In this document: piece by piece, positions 20,301 to 30,664 of the stretch
Numbering within the stretch: position 1 is the first letter of the stretch
How the letters are laid out: every line of letters starts with the position of its first letter
From: a bacterium
Lineage (GTDB): Bacteria; DRYD01
Direction: 5' to 3'
DNA: 64,000 nucleotides
NCBI GenBank assembly: GCA_039630415.1
Contig: JBCNVB010000013.1
Coordinates: 1 to 64,000, forward strand
Notes under the pieces: model-generated
What the model was told of the DNA's origin: nothing
Seen by the model: the letters and a program-made list of their open reading frames with translations, nothing else
Database searches by the model: none
Translations under genes and position numbers: made by a program

Positions 20301-21709
20301 TCAGTTTTGATTTGAGATAAGTTTTAAGGTTATCGATAAAGAATTGCTATTGGAATTACTATAGCCAGTTAAAAATATAGTATTGTTATTTATCAAAATT
20401 GAATTAAAAGCGTCTATTGCATTAAGGTCTGCTACATTTCTAATTCTCAATACTCCGTTGTTATGAGGACTTAGCAATTCTCTTTGACCGTTTGAATTTA
20501 ATCTGGTCAAGAACGCATCTTGTTGTGAAGTTGATGTCGTGTCAAAGTCCATAGTTCCTACTATGTATATTTTGCCACTAAAATCTATTGCACAGTCATG
20601 TGCAATTTTGACCGATTGAGGACCTAGTATATTCTCCGTATAAATACCACTGTTTCCAAAATTAGCAAAATTTCCATTCGGTAATAGTTTTGCTACGAAA
20701 ATACATTGATCATTTGAAATATCTACATTTCCTACCACAAGTATATTCCCATTAGAATCTAACTCTATATCTGTTGGTAATGGAGAATCTCCATTTGGTA
20801 TGCTAAATCTAAATTCACCTGCAAGTGATCCGTTTGACTGTACATTCACTGCAGCTATATAAATCCCTGTTTGTGGAGGATAAGACATTTGTATCTCTTG
20901 ACCGACTATGTAAATGGTATCATTCTGGGGATTTAGTATAGAATCATTGTGAAACAGTAAATAATTTGGTTGAGGAACAATCCTAAATGTACCATTGTTA
21001 CCAAAAAGTTGATCGATTTGCCCATCAAGATCTGATTTTATCACTATCATACCGGGATCAGGACTACAACATCATATTGAATCAAGTGCAATAATCCAGT
21101 ATTATTATTAAAACTGCTTTCTAGTAAACCAGTGTTTACATTATGCCTGGTAACTATCATTTTATATATACCACTATTATCATCTCTCGTAAGAATAAAA
21201 ATCTTATCCTGATGAATTTTCATGTCAAAGAAAATGTCTGTATCTAAGTTGTTTGGTAGATTGTTTAAAACTTGAATACCATTGCTTCCAAAATTGTATA
21301 ATATATTCCCAAGAGTTCCATTATTTGTGTTCATTCTGGTAATAAATACTGCTCTTTCATTTTGATTATTAAGGTTATTACTTGGAGCTTGTCCTATATT
21401 ATCAAGCCTGACAGCACTATCATTTTGGCTATTACCATCACCGTTTATATCTCTATTTATCTGTTGACCGAAATTTGAGTCGGGTACAAAAGCAAAACCA
21501 CCGTTTCCTCCTCCACTACCACCACTGCCTCCACCACTACCTCCACCAGTACCACCACCAGTACTACCACCAGATCCCCCAGCTGTACCCATACCAACTA
21601 TATTAGAACCTCCAGTATTACACGCAGATAAATACAACGAAAGTAAACTTAACATTACTGCTACTACTACACCCACTAATTTTAAGTTGATATTTACTCC
21701 CTTTTGCAT
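20301..21709 (-). pseudogene. Beta-propeller lipoprotein, module 1, frameshifted near 21050-21070 with apparent internal deletions
   Basis: Lipobox LYLSA-C, Gly/Ser/Thr linker, RDINGDGN. ORFs 21047-21709 and 20301-21050 match the N- and C-parts of 17307-18848 in different frames. Confidence 0.78.
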
Positions 21710-21811
21710 CTAAAATTCACAGATATGTTTTTCTTACGTAAGTTTAAATCGCTTTAAAAAAATTCAACAAATCTATAAGTTTTCCTTCTCACACACTATC
21801 ATAAAATTTAA

Positions 21812-22558
21812 CTAAACCATAGCTAAAACTTGTGATATACCTACGATCGGAGCTATTTCAGATTTGATGGTCGTATGAATATTTCTAAACTTGAAAATTT
21901 GTATTTTAGGTACCTGAAGTAGGTAGTTTATCTCATCAGTTGACCATCCACCTTCCGGACCAATCAAAACACCTATCCTTGATAAATTTTTTAAACAAAT
22001 CTCTCGATCTATCAGATTATCAAATACTATCATAACTTCGTAAACGTCGTTGACTTTATCTACGATATTCTTAACGTTATCATCTAAAAAGTTTACATCG
22101 GTAACGTAGTACTTTTTGCTATACACGGAATTCCAGTAAGAGATTTTTCTCAACCTGTCAATTTTTCTAACTATTTCATCAAACTTAACACAGATATGTT
22201 GAGACTTTATTAGGTAAATCCTATTAATGGGTAGTTGACAACAGTATTCTATACAGCTATCCATATATCGCGATTTAAGGGGAACTATGTATAAATCTAT
22301 CATAGGTAGGTTATTTTTAAATTCTTGCTTTTGCTCAATTTGAATCATTAATCGGTTAGGCTTTGAAAATCCACATAACTTACACCTAACTTGCTTATAG
22401 TGGTTAATTTGATTAGATAAAGAATATATCGTAAATACTTGCCCTAACTGAACTCTTACAACATTTTTAAGGTAGTGATATACTTCATGATTTACTTCCA
22501 AAGTTTCAGATCCTTCTAAGATATTCGAAAACTGATCTTCTTCTACAAATATTACCAT
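21812..22558 (-). CDS. rsmE: 16S rRNA m3U1498 methyltransferase
   Basis: HYLKNVVRV and LIGPEGG SPOUT motif; start uncertain (22558 or 22585). Confidence 0.82.
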   Translation of the reverse strand: MVIFVEEDQFSNILEGSETLEVNHEVYHYLKNVVRVQLGQVFTIYSLSNQINHYKQVRCKLCGFSKPNRLMIQIEQKQEFKNNLPMIDLYIVPLKSRYMDSCIEYCCQLPINRIYLIKSQHICVKFDEIVRKIDRLRKISYWNSVYSKKYYVTDVNFLDDNVKNIVDKVNDVYEVMIVFDNLIDREICLKNLSRIGVLIGPEGGWSTDEINYLLQVPKIQIFKFRNIHTTIKSEIAPIVGISQVLAMV

Positions 22559-22659
22559 TTCTCGATGAATTATACTACATTGCATACTAGTTACCTTTTT
22601 TGAAGGATCAAAACTAAAACTAAATAATTTTAAACAAGGGGAAAGGTAAAAAATGAAAA

Positions 22660-24018
22660 ATGCACCGATTACTACTGCCTATTATAGTGGTTTTTGTACT
22701 TATACTTTACAATTCTTACTCAAATTCTTATGATTCCGTTGATAAAAATCTAATTTATCAGGAAACGGACTTAGATAAAGTTATATTATCTTTACCCGAA
22801 GTTCAAAAATCAAAACAAGAAGTTTATTCTTCATACTACGACCTAAAGTTAACATACTCCCAATACGGACTTAATATACAAGCACTATATAGATACTCTT
22901 ACAATCAACCGGTTGTTACGCTAAACTTTGGTCTATCAAGAATAAGAATATCAAATGATTATACATATTCATACGGCATAGAACTAAATTACCCAATCTA
23001 TACCTTTGGAACACTAGAAAATCAAATACTATCAAAAGAACTAATCTATAATGCAAAAATTTTAAACTTACAACAAACAATTAAGGATAGTTACCTTAAA
23101 TTCTACACGCTTATATATGAATATGCAAAAATCCTAAACTTTCTCGAATTTACCAAAAATAATCTAGACTATACTCAGGAATTACTTTCAAATACAAATA
23201 AGTTATATCAAGCGGGTGTGATCCCCAAAGTTGAATACTTAAGAGTATTTGCACTTTATCAAGATACCGTGTCTCAAAATACTGTAGCCCAAAATAACTC
23301 CAAGATAGTTCTCGAAAATATCTATTCATTCCTTTATCCATTACAAAAAAATACCCATAATTCAAAAAATGCTCTAAAAAAATTCATAGATAGATACACT
23401 AATTACCTATCGTCTCAAAAACAACCCCCTATTCTGATAGACAAAGAAAATCAAATAGAAAATTCCCTAGTAGCTCAAATAATATACTCCAATATCCTGG
23501 CTCTCAAATACCAAAAAAGAACGATAGAACTACAAAACGCACCAAAACTAGCCCTAAATACACAATACTATAAGCAAAGAGAATCCTCTTTCTCAAGGGA
23601 TTACCTATTTAATGTAAATCTACTACTTTCTTGGAAGATATTCGACTCTTCGTTGTCAGCTAACCAAGCCAAAATAATAGATAATCAAATCCAAATACTA
23701 CAGCAAGAATATACAAGAACAAAATCTAATCTAATAAACTCAAGAAATTCAACTAAATCAAAATATTACAACGATTACACTTTGTATAAATCCTATTTGT
23801 ATAATCTGGAATATAGAACAGAGCTATTCAGATTAACAAAAATTAAATACCAGAATGGATTATCAACTTATCTGGACTATTTAGATGCTCAAAATAATTT
23901 TCTTCAAACAGTGCTGAATATTAAAAACTATAAAAATGAAATTTTTATCGATATCATAAACTACTATTACCTAAATGATCAAGACCTGAGTATAAAGGAA
24001 ATCCTAGAAATTATATAG
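22660..24018 (+). CDS. TolC-family outer membrane efflux protein
   Basis: Signal peptide; LYQAGVIPKVEYL and KYQNGLSTYLDYLDAQ repeats; first gene of the RND operon. Confidence 0.85.
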   Translation: MHRLLLPIIVVFVLILYNSYSNSYDSVDKNLIYQETDLDKVILSLPEVQKSKQEVYSSYYDLKLTYSQYGLNIQALYRYSYNQPVVTLNFGLSRIRISNDYTYSYGIELNYPIYTFGTLENQILSKELIYNAKILNLQQTIKDSYLKFYTLIYEYAKILNFLEFTKNNLDYTQELLSNTNKLYQAGVIPKVEYLRVFALYQDTVSQNTVAQNNSKIVLENIYSFLYPLQKNTHNSKNALKKFIDRYTNYLSSQKQPPILIDKENQIENSLVAQIIYSNILALKYQKRTIELQNAPKLALNTQYYKQRESSFSRDYLFNVNLLLSWKIFDSSLSANQAKIIDNQIQILQQEYTRTKSNLINSRNSTKSKYYNDYTLYKSYLYNLEYRTELFRLTKIKYQNGLSTYLDYLDAQNNFLQTVLNIKNYKNEIFIDIINYYYLNDQDLSIKEILEII

Positions 24019-24033
24019 GAAAGGAAAAATACT

Positions 24034-25353
24034 ATGCGTAAACATTTAATTAAAAATGTAATTCTAAGCACCATAACAATACTACTAACTTTTTTGTTAT
24101 TATTTTCAATAAGTTGTCAAAATAAAAGGGAAAATAAAGAACAGATACAGGAAAATGTAATCCCTGTACTGGTAAAAAGGGCATACAATGGGACATTGGA
24201 ATCCTACATAGAATCAGATGCCAAGGTAGAATACAAAAAAATGAGTAATATATCGTTCCAGGTATCCGGAAGAATAAAGGATATACTTGTTCAAGAAGGT
24301 GAGAGAGTTTCAAAAGGACAACTAGTAGCATCACTTGATAAAGACTTGTATTTCCAACAACTTCAACAAGCATACCAAGCTACCCTCGCAGCTAAAGCTA
24401 ACTATGATCAAGCAGTATATAACCTAAAAATCCAGAAAGTTCAAGCAAACTCGGATCTAGATAAAGCACAACTAGCACTTAAACAAGCGGAAGAAAATCT
24501 CAAACTAACTGAAGCAGTACTATATCAAGCAAAAAGAGATTTTGAAAGATATCAAAACCTATATCAACAGGGTGTAATTTCAACACAACAATTTGAAAAC
24601 ACCAAAATCCAGTATCAAAATGCCCTAACAAACTACTATAACGCTAAACTAACATACCTACAGGCTAAAGAAAGTTTAAAAGTAGCAAAACTAAACGAAG
24701 AAAGAATACTAATATTTGAAAATCAAGCTAAAGCTGCCTATTCAAGTTATTTATCAACTCTAGAAAACTACCAAATAATAAAAAATAACTACAAATACAC
24801 AGATCTACTTTCTCCAGTAAATGGTATAGTACTGAAAAAACACCAGGAAATAGGGTCAGTAGTAAACCCAGGAATGCCAATATTTACAATAGCAGATCCT
24901 CAGAGCAAAATAGTAAAATGCTCCATATCTGATACCGAATCAAAAAAAATAAAACCTCAAAGCAAAGCATTTGTCATATTCAAAGATAAAACCTACGACG
25001 TAATTATATCAAAAATATACCCAAATCTAACATCAATAGGACAGGCTTTCATAGAAGCAAAATTTATTAACCCTAACAACGAATTAACTCACAATGACTA
25101 CGTCAATCTTAAAATACAAACCAGAATTACCAAAGGAATAATAATCCTAAGACAAGCTATAATATACTCCGAAGAGGATACCTACGTATACGTGGTCTCA
25201 AACGATATAGCACAAAAAAGAAAAATCAAGATAATAGATAACTACGGAAACCTATCAGTAGTTGAAGGTGTTCAAGAAGGTGAAATGATCGTCATAGACG
25301 GACAATACTTCATCAAAGACGGAGATAAAGTGAGGGCTAAGGAGGATAAGTAA
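24034..25353 (+). CDS. RND efflux periplasmic adaptor (MFP), lipoprotein
   Basis: FSISC lipobox; lipoyl halves VSGRI..V.EGERV.KGQ and SPVNGIV; long alpha hairpin. Confidence 0.9.
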   Translation: MRKHLIKNVILSTITILLTFLLLFSISCQNKRENKEQIQENVIPVLVKRAYNGTLESYIESDAKVEYKKMSNISFQVSGRIKDILVQEGERVSKGQLVASLDKDLYFQQLQQAYQATLAAKANYDQAVYNLKIQKVQANSDLDKAQLALKQAEENLKLTEAVLYQAKRDFERYQNLYQQGVISTQQFENTKIQYQNALTNYYNAKLTYLQAKESLKVAKLNEERILIFENQAKAAYSSYLSTLENYQIIKNNYKYTDLLSPVNGIVLKKHQEIGSVVNPGMPIFTIADPQSKIVKCSISDTESKKIKPQSKAFVIFKDKTYDVIISKIYPNLTSIGQAFIEAKFINPNNELTHNDYVNLKIQTRITKGIIILRQAIIYSEEDTYVYVVSNDIAQKRKIKIIDNYGNLSVVEGVQEGEMIVIDGQYFIKDGDKVRAKEDK

Positions 25354-25355
25354 AA

Positions 25356-28300
25356 ATGATAAAATTTGCAATAGAAAGATGGGTAACTATATTGGTTCTA
25401 AGTATATCCATCTTACTACTCGGAATAGTCTCGATCATAAACCTAAAAATAGAGCTTTTACCTGATATAAACTATCCATTTGTACTGATAAATACTGTCT
25501 ACCCTGGTGCCTCACCTGAAAGAGTAGAAAAAGACGTTACCCAGAAAATAGAGAATGCTGCTTCTTTGGTAAATAATGTCAAAAAAGTAACTTCAACCAG
25601 TGCCGAAGGTTTATCAATCGTTCAAGTAGAATTCGAATGGGGAACAGATCTAGAATTCGCCATATTCGATATAAAACAAAGATTAGACCAAATAAGGGAT
25701 ATTCTGCCTAATGAAATAGAAAACCCAATAATAATAAAACAAAACGTAGTATCTTTACTGCCAGTTGCTTTTTTAGCTATAACTGGTAATTTTGATAGGA
25801 AATATTTGAGATTCTTAGCCGAAGAAATTGTAGCTAAAAAATTAGAAGCAGTACCTGGCATAGCTAGCGTTGTAGTACTCGGAGGACTAAAAAGAGAAAT
25901 TCAAGTATATCTCGACCCTGATCTTCTGTATAAATACAAAATCTCAGCCACCAATGTTCTCAACTCCATTAAATTCAACAATATTAACTTACCAACAGGC
26001 TATATCACTCTGGGAAATAAAGATTTTACAATAAGACCTTTTAGTGAATTCTACAGCCTCGAAGAGATAGAATTAGTGCCTGTAAAATATGATAGCTCTA
26101 AAGTTATAAGAGTATCAGATATTGGTAAAGTAATTGATGGAACTAAGGATCCTGAAAGTTATGCTATATCAGATTTCAAACCTGCTGCTTACCTACTAGC
26201 TTACAAGGAAGCAGAAATTAATAGTGTAGAAGCAGTACAGAGAATAAGACAAACAGTACCAGTTATAAACAGAGCGTTACCAGAAGGAGCCCAACTTAAA
26301 GTAGTATTCGGATTTGATGAAAGGCTTATACCTATAATTAGAAATATACAAGAGGAAGCAATTTATTCTTGTTTGCTAGCTGTATTAATCATTTTCGTAT
26401 TTTTACTTTCCTTCAGAAGTACCATAATATCTGCTATATCAATACCTTTATCTATTCTTGCAACTGCAGCTGGATTATATCTTAATCAAACGTCTATAAA
26501 TCTAATAAGTATAGGTGCTGTAGCTTTGGCAATAGGTAGAATAGTAGACGACTCAATTGTTGTTATAGAATCCATTCAAAGAAATATTCGTAATTCTGTA
26601 ATCAAAAATGTTAACGATTTGAAAGAGGTAATAATTAAGGGTACAAATGAGGTAATAGCAGCCATATTTGCTTCAACAATGACTACTGTAATAGTTTTTG
26701 TACCAATAATTTTTGTCAAGGGACTAGCTAGAGAATTGTTTCTAGACTTTGCATTAGTAATAATTTTGGGTTTAATTGCCTCATTGATAGTTGCAGCTTT
26801 TATAGTACCTCCAGCTTTCTTCTTCTTTTACAAAAACAATTATAATATACCTGAACAAAACGCGACCGATAAAATACTTGAAATAGTTAAAAAATTGTAC
26901 ACCAAAATTCTTGTGTTATCTCTCAAAAATAGGTTAGTTGTAATAGTTTTATCTACATTTACTTTTGCTATTTCTGTTGTGGGACTTTTTTATACCAAGA
27001 AGGATTTTTTGCCTAGTGGTAGTTTCCCGGTAATAAACGTTCAGGTATATAACTCGGTTGGAGGAACTCTTTATGATACCTATGAAAAAGGATTAAGAGT
27101 TTTACGGATAGTGTACGATGTTACGATAAAATATACTGAGGTTTTGGGATCAAGTATGTCTGCAGGCGTCGATAATGAAGCTGTTAGTTTCGTAGTACTT
27201 GTTTCGGGAGCTTCTACTTTGTCATCTATATGTGAAACTAGACTAAAATTTGATAGTAAAGATTTTGATAAATATCCAATCATACTAAATGAAATTAGGG
27301 AAAAAGTTAAAGATGTACCGGGAGTAAAAGTAAATGTCGTTGATACCTTTAGAAGTTTAGCAGGATTAGGAGGAACCAAACAAATAGAAATAACTATCAT
27401 CGGACAAGATATAGATACCCTATGGAACCTGGGAAATAAATACATGAGTAGATTCGCGCAAATACCAGGAGTAGTAGATATCGACTTATCGTGGAAAAAG
27501 GGAGTACCAGAATTTAAAGTAGAGATCGATAGAAGAAAAGCAGCTTTCTATGGAATAAATACCATAGACGTGACTAATCTTTTACAAATATCAACTACCG
27601 GTTCTCTCGCAGGAAAATACAAAGAAAAAGGATATGAATACAACATAAGAGTTAGAATTCCTAAACCACTAAATGAATATGAAATAATTAATCTACCAAT
27701 ATACTCACCCCTCTATGACAGAAATATACCCCTAAGGGAAATATGTTATATCAAACCCGACTATGGACCTGTAGTAATAGAAAGAGAAGAGGGTATTAGA
27801 TGTATTAGAATCTATGCTAATAAAGACCCTAACTATAGCCTAAGTCAAATTCTTGAAAAAGTTAAACAAATTTTCAAAGAGGAACCTTTACCTACAGGAT
27901 ATATTTACAAATTTAAAGGTGAAGAACAAAGAAGAGCTGATACTTTTGCAGCCTTTACCCTAATAATAATCCTCGGAATATTCCTGATATACACAGTACT
28001 TGCTATCCAATTTAACTCCCTAATTCAACCCTTTATCTTAATGTTCTCCATACCTTTTGAATTGATAGGTGTAGTGATAGCTCTTAACTTATTTGGGTCT
28101 TCGTTAAATTTAATGTCTTTGATGGGATTACTAATGGTAACTGGAATAGTTGTAAGTAATGCGGTGTTATTGATAGACTACGCTAACAAGATGCGAGAAC
28201 AGGGAAAAGACGTAATCGAGTCTTTGATCATAGCAGGAAATGTTAGAATAAAGCCTATACTAATGACTACGTTAGCAACGATATTTGCAATGATTCCACT

Positions 28301-28463
28301 TGCTCTTGGACTTAGAGAAGGTGGATATCTACTTAAACCTCTAGCAATCGCTGTTATAGGAGGATTAACTAGTTCAACTATCTTGACTCTTATAGTTGTA
28401 CCTGTGGTATACTCACTTGTAGAAGACGCAATTAAATTGCTTGTCAAACGCAAAGGAGGGTAA
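25356..28463 (+). CDS. RND efflux permease (AcrB/AcrD/AcrF family)
   Basis: YPGASPE, IVDDSIVVIE and RIKPILMTTLATI motifs; 1035 aa. Confidence 0.93.
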   Translation: MIKFAIERWVTILVLSISILLLGIVSIINLKIELLPDINYPFVLINTVYPGASPERVEKDVTQKIENAASLVNNVKKVTSTSAEGLSIVQVEFEWGTDLEFAIFDIKQRLDQIRDILPNEIENPIIIKQNVVSLLPVAFLAITGNFDRKYLRFLAEEIVAKKLEAVPGIASVVVLGGLKREIQVYLDPDLLYKYKISATNVLNSIKFNNINLPTGYITLGNKDFTIRPFSEFYSLEEIELVPVKYDSSKVIRVSDIGKVIDGTKDPESYAISDFKPAAYLLAYKEAEINSVEAVQRIRQTVPVINRALPEGAQLKVVFGFDERLIPIIRNIQEEAIYSCLLAVLIIFVFLLSFRSTIISAISIPLSILATAAGLYLNQTSINLISIGAVALAIGRIVDDSIVVIESIQRNIRNSVIKNVNDLKEVIIKGTNEVIAAIFASTMTTVIVFVPIIFVKGLARELFLDFALVIILGLIASLIVAAFIVPPAFFFFYKNNYNIPEQNATDKILEIVKKLYTKILVLSLKNRLVVIVLSTFTFAISVVGLFYTKKDFLPSGSFPVINVQVYNSVGGTLYDTYEKGLRVLRIVYDVTIKYTEVLGSSMSAGVDNEAVSFVVLVSGASTLSSICETRLKFDSKDFDKYPIILNEIREKVKDVPGVKVNVVDTFRSLAGLGGTKQIEITIIGQDIDTLWNLGNKYMSRFAQIPGVVDIDLSWKKGVPEFKVEIDRRKAAFYGINTIDVTNLLQISTTGSLAGKYKEKGYEYNIRVRIPKPLNEYEIINLPIYSPLYDRNIPLREICYIKPDYGPVVIEREEGIRCIRIYANKDPNYSLSQILEKVKQIFKEEPLPTGYIYKFKGEEQRRADTFAAFTLIIILGIFLIYTVLAIQFNSLIQPFILMFSIPFELIGVVIALNLFGSSLNLMSLMGLLMVTGIVVSNAVLLIDYANKMREQGKDVIESLIIAGNVRIKPILMTTLATIFAMIPLALGLREGGYLLKPLAIAVIGGLTSSTILTLIVVPVVYSLVEDAIKLLVKRKGG

Positions 28464-28466
28464 ACT

Positions 28467-29366
28467 ATGAAAGCAGTTATCCTTATGAGCTACGGAAGTA
28501 TATACACCATAAACGATGTAGAAAGATTCTACACTCACATTCTAAAAGGTAAAAGACCATCCGATCATTTAATACAGGAACTAAGGGAAAGATTCTTAGC
28601 TATTGGTGGGAAAAGCCCTCTTAACGAAATATCAAAAAAACAAGCTGATAAACTACAAAAATTCTTAAATACCTCTTCACCAGATCCCATTAAAGTATAT
28701 CTTGCTTTCAAGCACATAGATCCATATATAGAGGACGTTGTAAAGGTTATGGAAGATGATGGAGTTACACAGGCAGTAGCTCTAATACTATCTCCTTACT
28801 ACTCAAACTACAACATATCTGACTACTTTAAAAGAACCCAATCAAACAAAATAAAATTTCATTACGTTTATGGGTATTACAATAACCCATTGCTTATTCA
28901 AGCTTTTAAAAGAAGAATAGAAAGTCTAGTACAGTACGTATTGAAAAGAAATTTAGATGATAAGGATTTATACTATTTGTTTAGCGCCCATAGTTTACCT
29001 GAAAAGATACTACCTGATTGCTATCCTGAACAGCTATCTTACGTCGTTAATCAATTAGTAGATGAGCTAGGGATAAAAAATTATGGGTTTGCTTACCAAA
29101 GTGCGGGTAAAGGCAACGAAAAATGGTTAGGACCAGATATACTCGAAGTTGTAGAAAATCTACCACACGAATATACCACAATTATCAGTTGCCCTATAGG
29201 ATTTATTAGTGATCATTTGGAAGTTTTATATGACGTTGATATAGAAGCAAAGCAATTAGCTAATCAGAAAGGATTCGAGTTATATAGAATCAATCTATTT
29301 AACGATGACGACGATTTTATAGAAGTGTTAGCTCACGAAACTTTGAATTCATTTAATCAGAATTAA
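28467..29366 (+). CDS. hemH: Ferrochelatase (Bacillus-like coproporphyrin ferrochelatase type)
   Basis: IGGKSPL, FSAHSLP, WLGPD and FISDHLEVLYDVD motifs. Confidence 0.92.
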   Translation: MKAVILMSYGSIYTINDVERFYTHILKGKRPSDHLIQELRERFLAIGGKSPLNEISKKQADKLQKFLNTSSPDPIKVYLAFKHIDPYIEDVVKVMEDDGVTQAVALILSPYYSNYNISDYFKRTQSNKIKFHYVYGYYNNPLLIQAFKRRIESLVQYVLKRNLDDKDLYYLFSAHSLPEKILPDCYPEQLSYVVNQLVDELGIKNYGFAYQSAGKGNEKWLGPDILEVVENLPHEYTTIISCPIGFISDHLEVLYDVDIEAKQLANQKGFELYRINLFNDDDDFIEVLAHETLNSFNQN

Positions 29367-29391
29367 GGCTCAATTTAGGTTGGTGTTTGTA

Positions 29392-29640
29392 CTAAGATTG
29401 CTCAAAATTTTTCTTGTAGTATACAGATCTTACATATTTTCTGATGTAAGCTGGTTCAACTACTTTCTGATCCCCATAATATCCACAAAACTGGCATACA
29501 AAGTGCGATAACTTAGGATGACCACATTGTTTACAGATTGATTTTGAGTAGTTGGGATAGAATTCTAGGTCTATTTTTTGTGAATTACTTCTTCTATGTC
29601 TTACTCTTGACCTTGAGAGTTTAAATTTAGGGTTTGCCAT
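29392..29640 (-). CDS. rpmF: 50S ribosomal protein L32
   Basis: MANPKFKLSRSRVRHRR; CxxC...H.VCxxCGYY. Confidence 0.9.
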   Translation of the reverse strand: MANPKFKLSRSRVRHRRSNSQKIDLEFYPNYSKSICKQCGHPKLSHFVCQFCGYYGDQKVVEPAYIRKYVRSVYYKKNFEQS

Positions 29641-29680
29641 ATTGGTTCAACTCCTTTCTGGATTGGTTTAGTTTTTGATT

Positions 29681-30130
29681 TTAGTTTTCCTCTTCTATTT
29701 CGTATTGGATGTGTTTACTTCTTTTGAGTAGTATTTCTTGTTCTTTTTGTTGGTAGTATTGTAGGTAGGTGGGGATTATTTCATCTTTCAAGTGGCGTTT
29801 AAAGTTAGTGGGGATAAGTGTTTTATCCCAGTCGAAGTTTGCAGCGGCATAAATTAGTTCTTTTACTCTATCTGCATTTTCTCCCAATCCGTAGTTATAT
29901 AGGCAGAAGAAAAATAGGTTATATTTTATTCCGCTGGGTACGTTTTTATCCAGTATCATTTGTGAGGTTGTTTGGATTACTTGTTCTGGGGTGTAGTTAG
30001 AGAGTATTTTTTTCTGTGCCCATTCGGGGTAGTGGTTTAGTCCGCCTGCAGCTAACATGAGTATCTCTGTTAGGGGTAGTTCTACGTTTTCTGGATAAAT
30101 GTCATATATCATATTTATCACCTTTACCAT
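29681..30130 (-). CDS. Hypothetical protein
   Basis: 149-aa ORF overlapping the rpsG stop; no recognised motif. Confidence 0.6.
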   Translation of the reverse strand: MVKVINMIYDIYPENVELPLTEILMLAAGGLNHYPEWAQKKILSNYTPEQVIQTTSQMILDKNVPSGIKYNLFFFCLYNYGLGENADRVKELIYAAANFDWDKTLIPTNFKRHLKDEIIPTYLQYYQQKEQEILLKRSKHIQYEIEEEN

Positions 30131-30591
30131 TTGAAGTGAGCGAAGGCTCTGTTTGCTTCTGCCATTCTGTGTACGTTTTCTCTTATTTTCATTGCTTTAC
30201 CAGCGTTGTTGTATGCTTCTATTATTTCATCTACGAGTTTATCTATCATTCTTCTACCTTTTTCTTCGCGTGCTACTTGGATTATCCATCTCATGGCTAA
30301 AGTTTCGCCTCTTCTTTCGTCGACTTCTACGGGTACTTGATAGGTTGCTCCTCCTACTCTTCTTGGCCTTACTTCATATAATGGTTTGAGATTATCTATG
30401 GCTTTATTAAAAACTTCTAGACCATTTTTTTTGGTTCTTTCTTCTATTTTTTTGAGTGCTAAATAAAATATTTTTTCTGCTATGGTTTTTTTTCCGTCCC
30501 ACATGAGTTTGTTGATGAATTTGGCTACTCTTACGCTGTTGTATACCGGGTCTGGGGCTATTTCTCTTATTTCTGCCCTCTTTTTTCTCAT
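30124..30591 (-). CDS. rpsG: 30S ribosomal protein S7
   Basis: [18 protein letters not shown] and [13 protein letters not shown] motifs. Confidence 0.97.
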   Translation of the reverse strand: MRKKRAEIREIAPDPVYNSVRVAKFINKLMWDGKKTIAEKIFYLALKKIEERTKKNGLEVFNKAIDNLKPLYEVRPRRVGGATYQVPVEVDERRGETLAMRWIIQVAREEKGRRMIDKLVDEIIEAYNNAGKAMKIRENVHRMAEANRAFAHFKW

Positions 30592-30664
30592 AAATGACCT
30601 CCTCTGTATTATTTTGTATAGGTTTTTTTAATAATAGGATTCTTTATTATAGAGTTTTTACCTT

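Noticed and set aside
9890-21709. Diversity-generating retroelement or invertase shufflon behind the array
   Set aside because: No reverse transcriptase, no near-identical TR/VR pair, no recombinase; all genes are co-oriented
7874-21800. tRNA-integrated mobile element or prophage
   Set aside because: No integrase, transposase or phage gene, and I saw no duplicated tRNA 3' end (att site)
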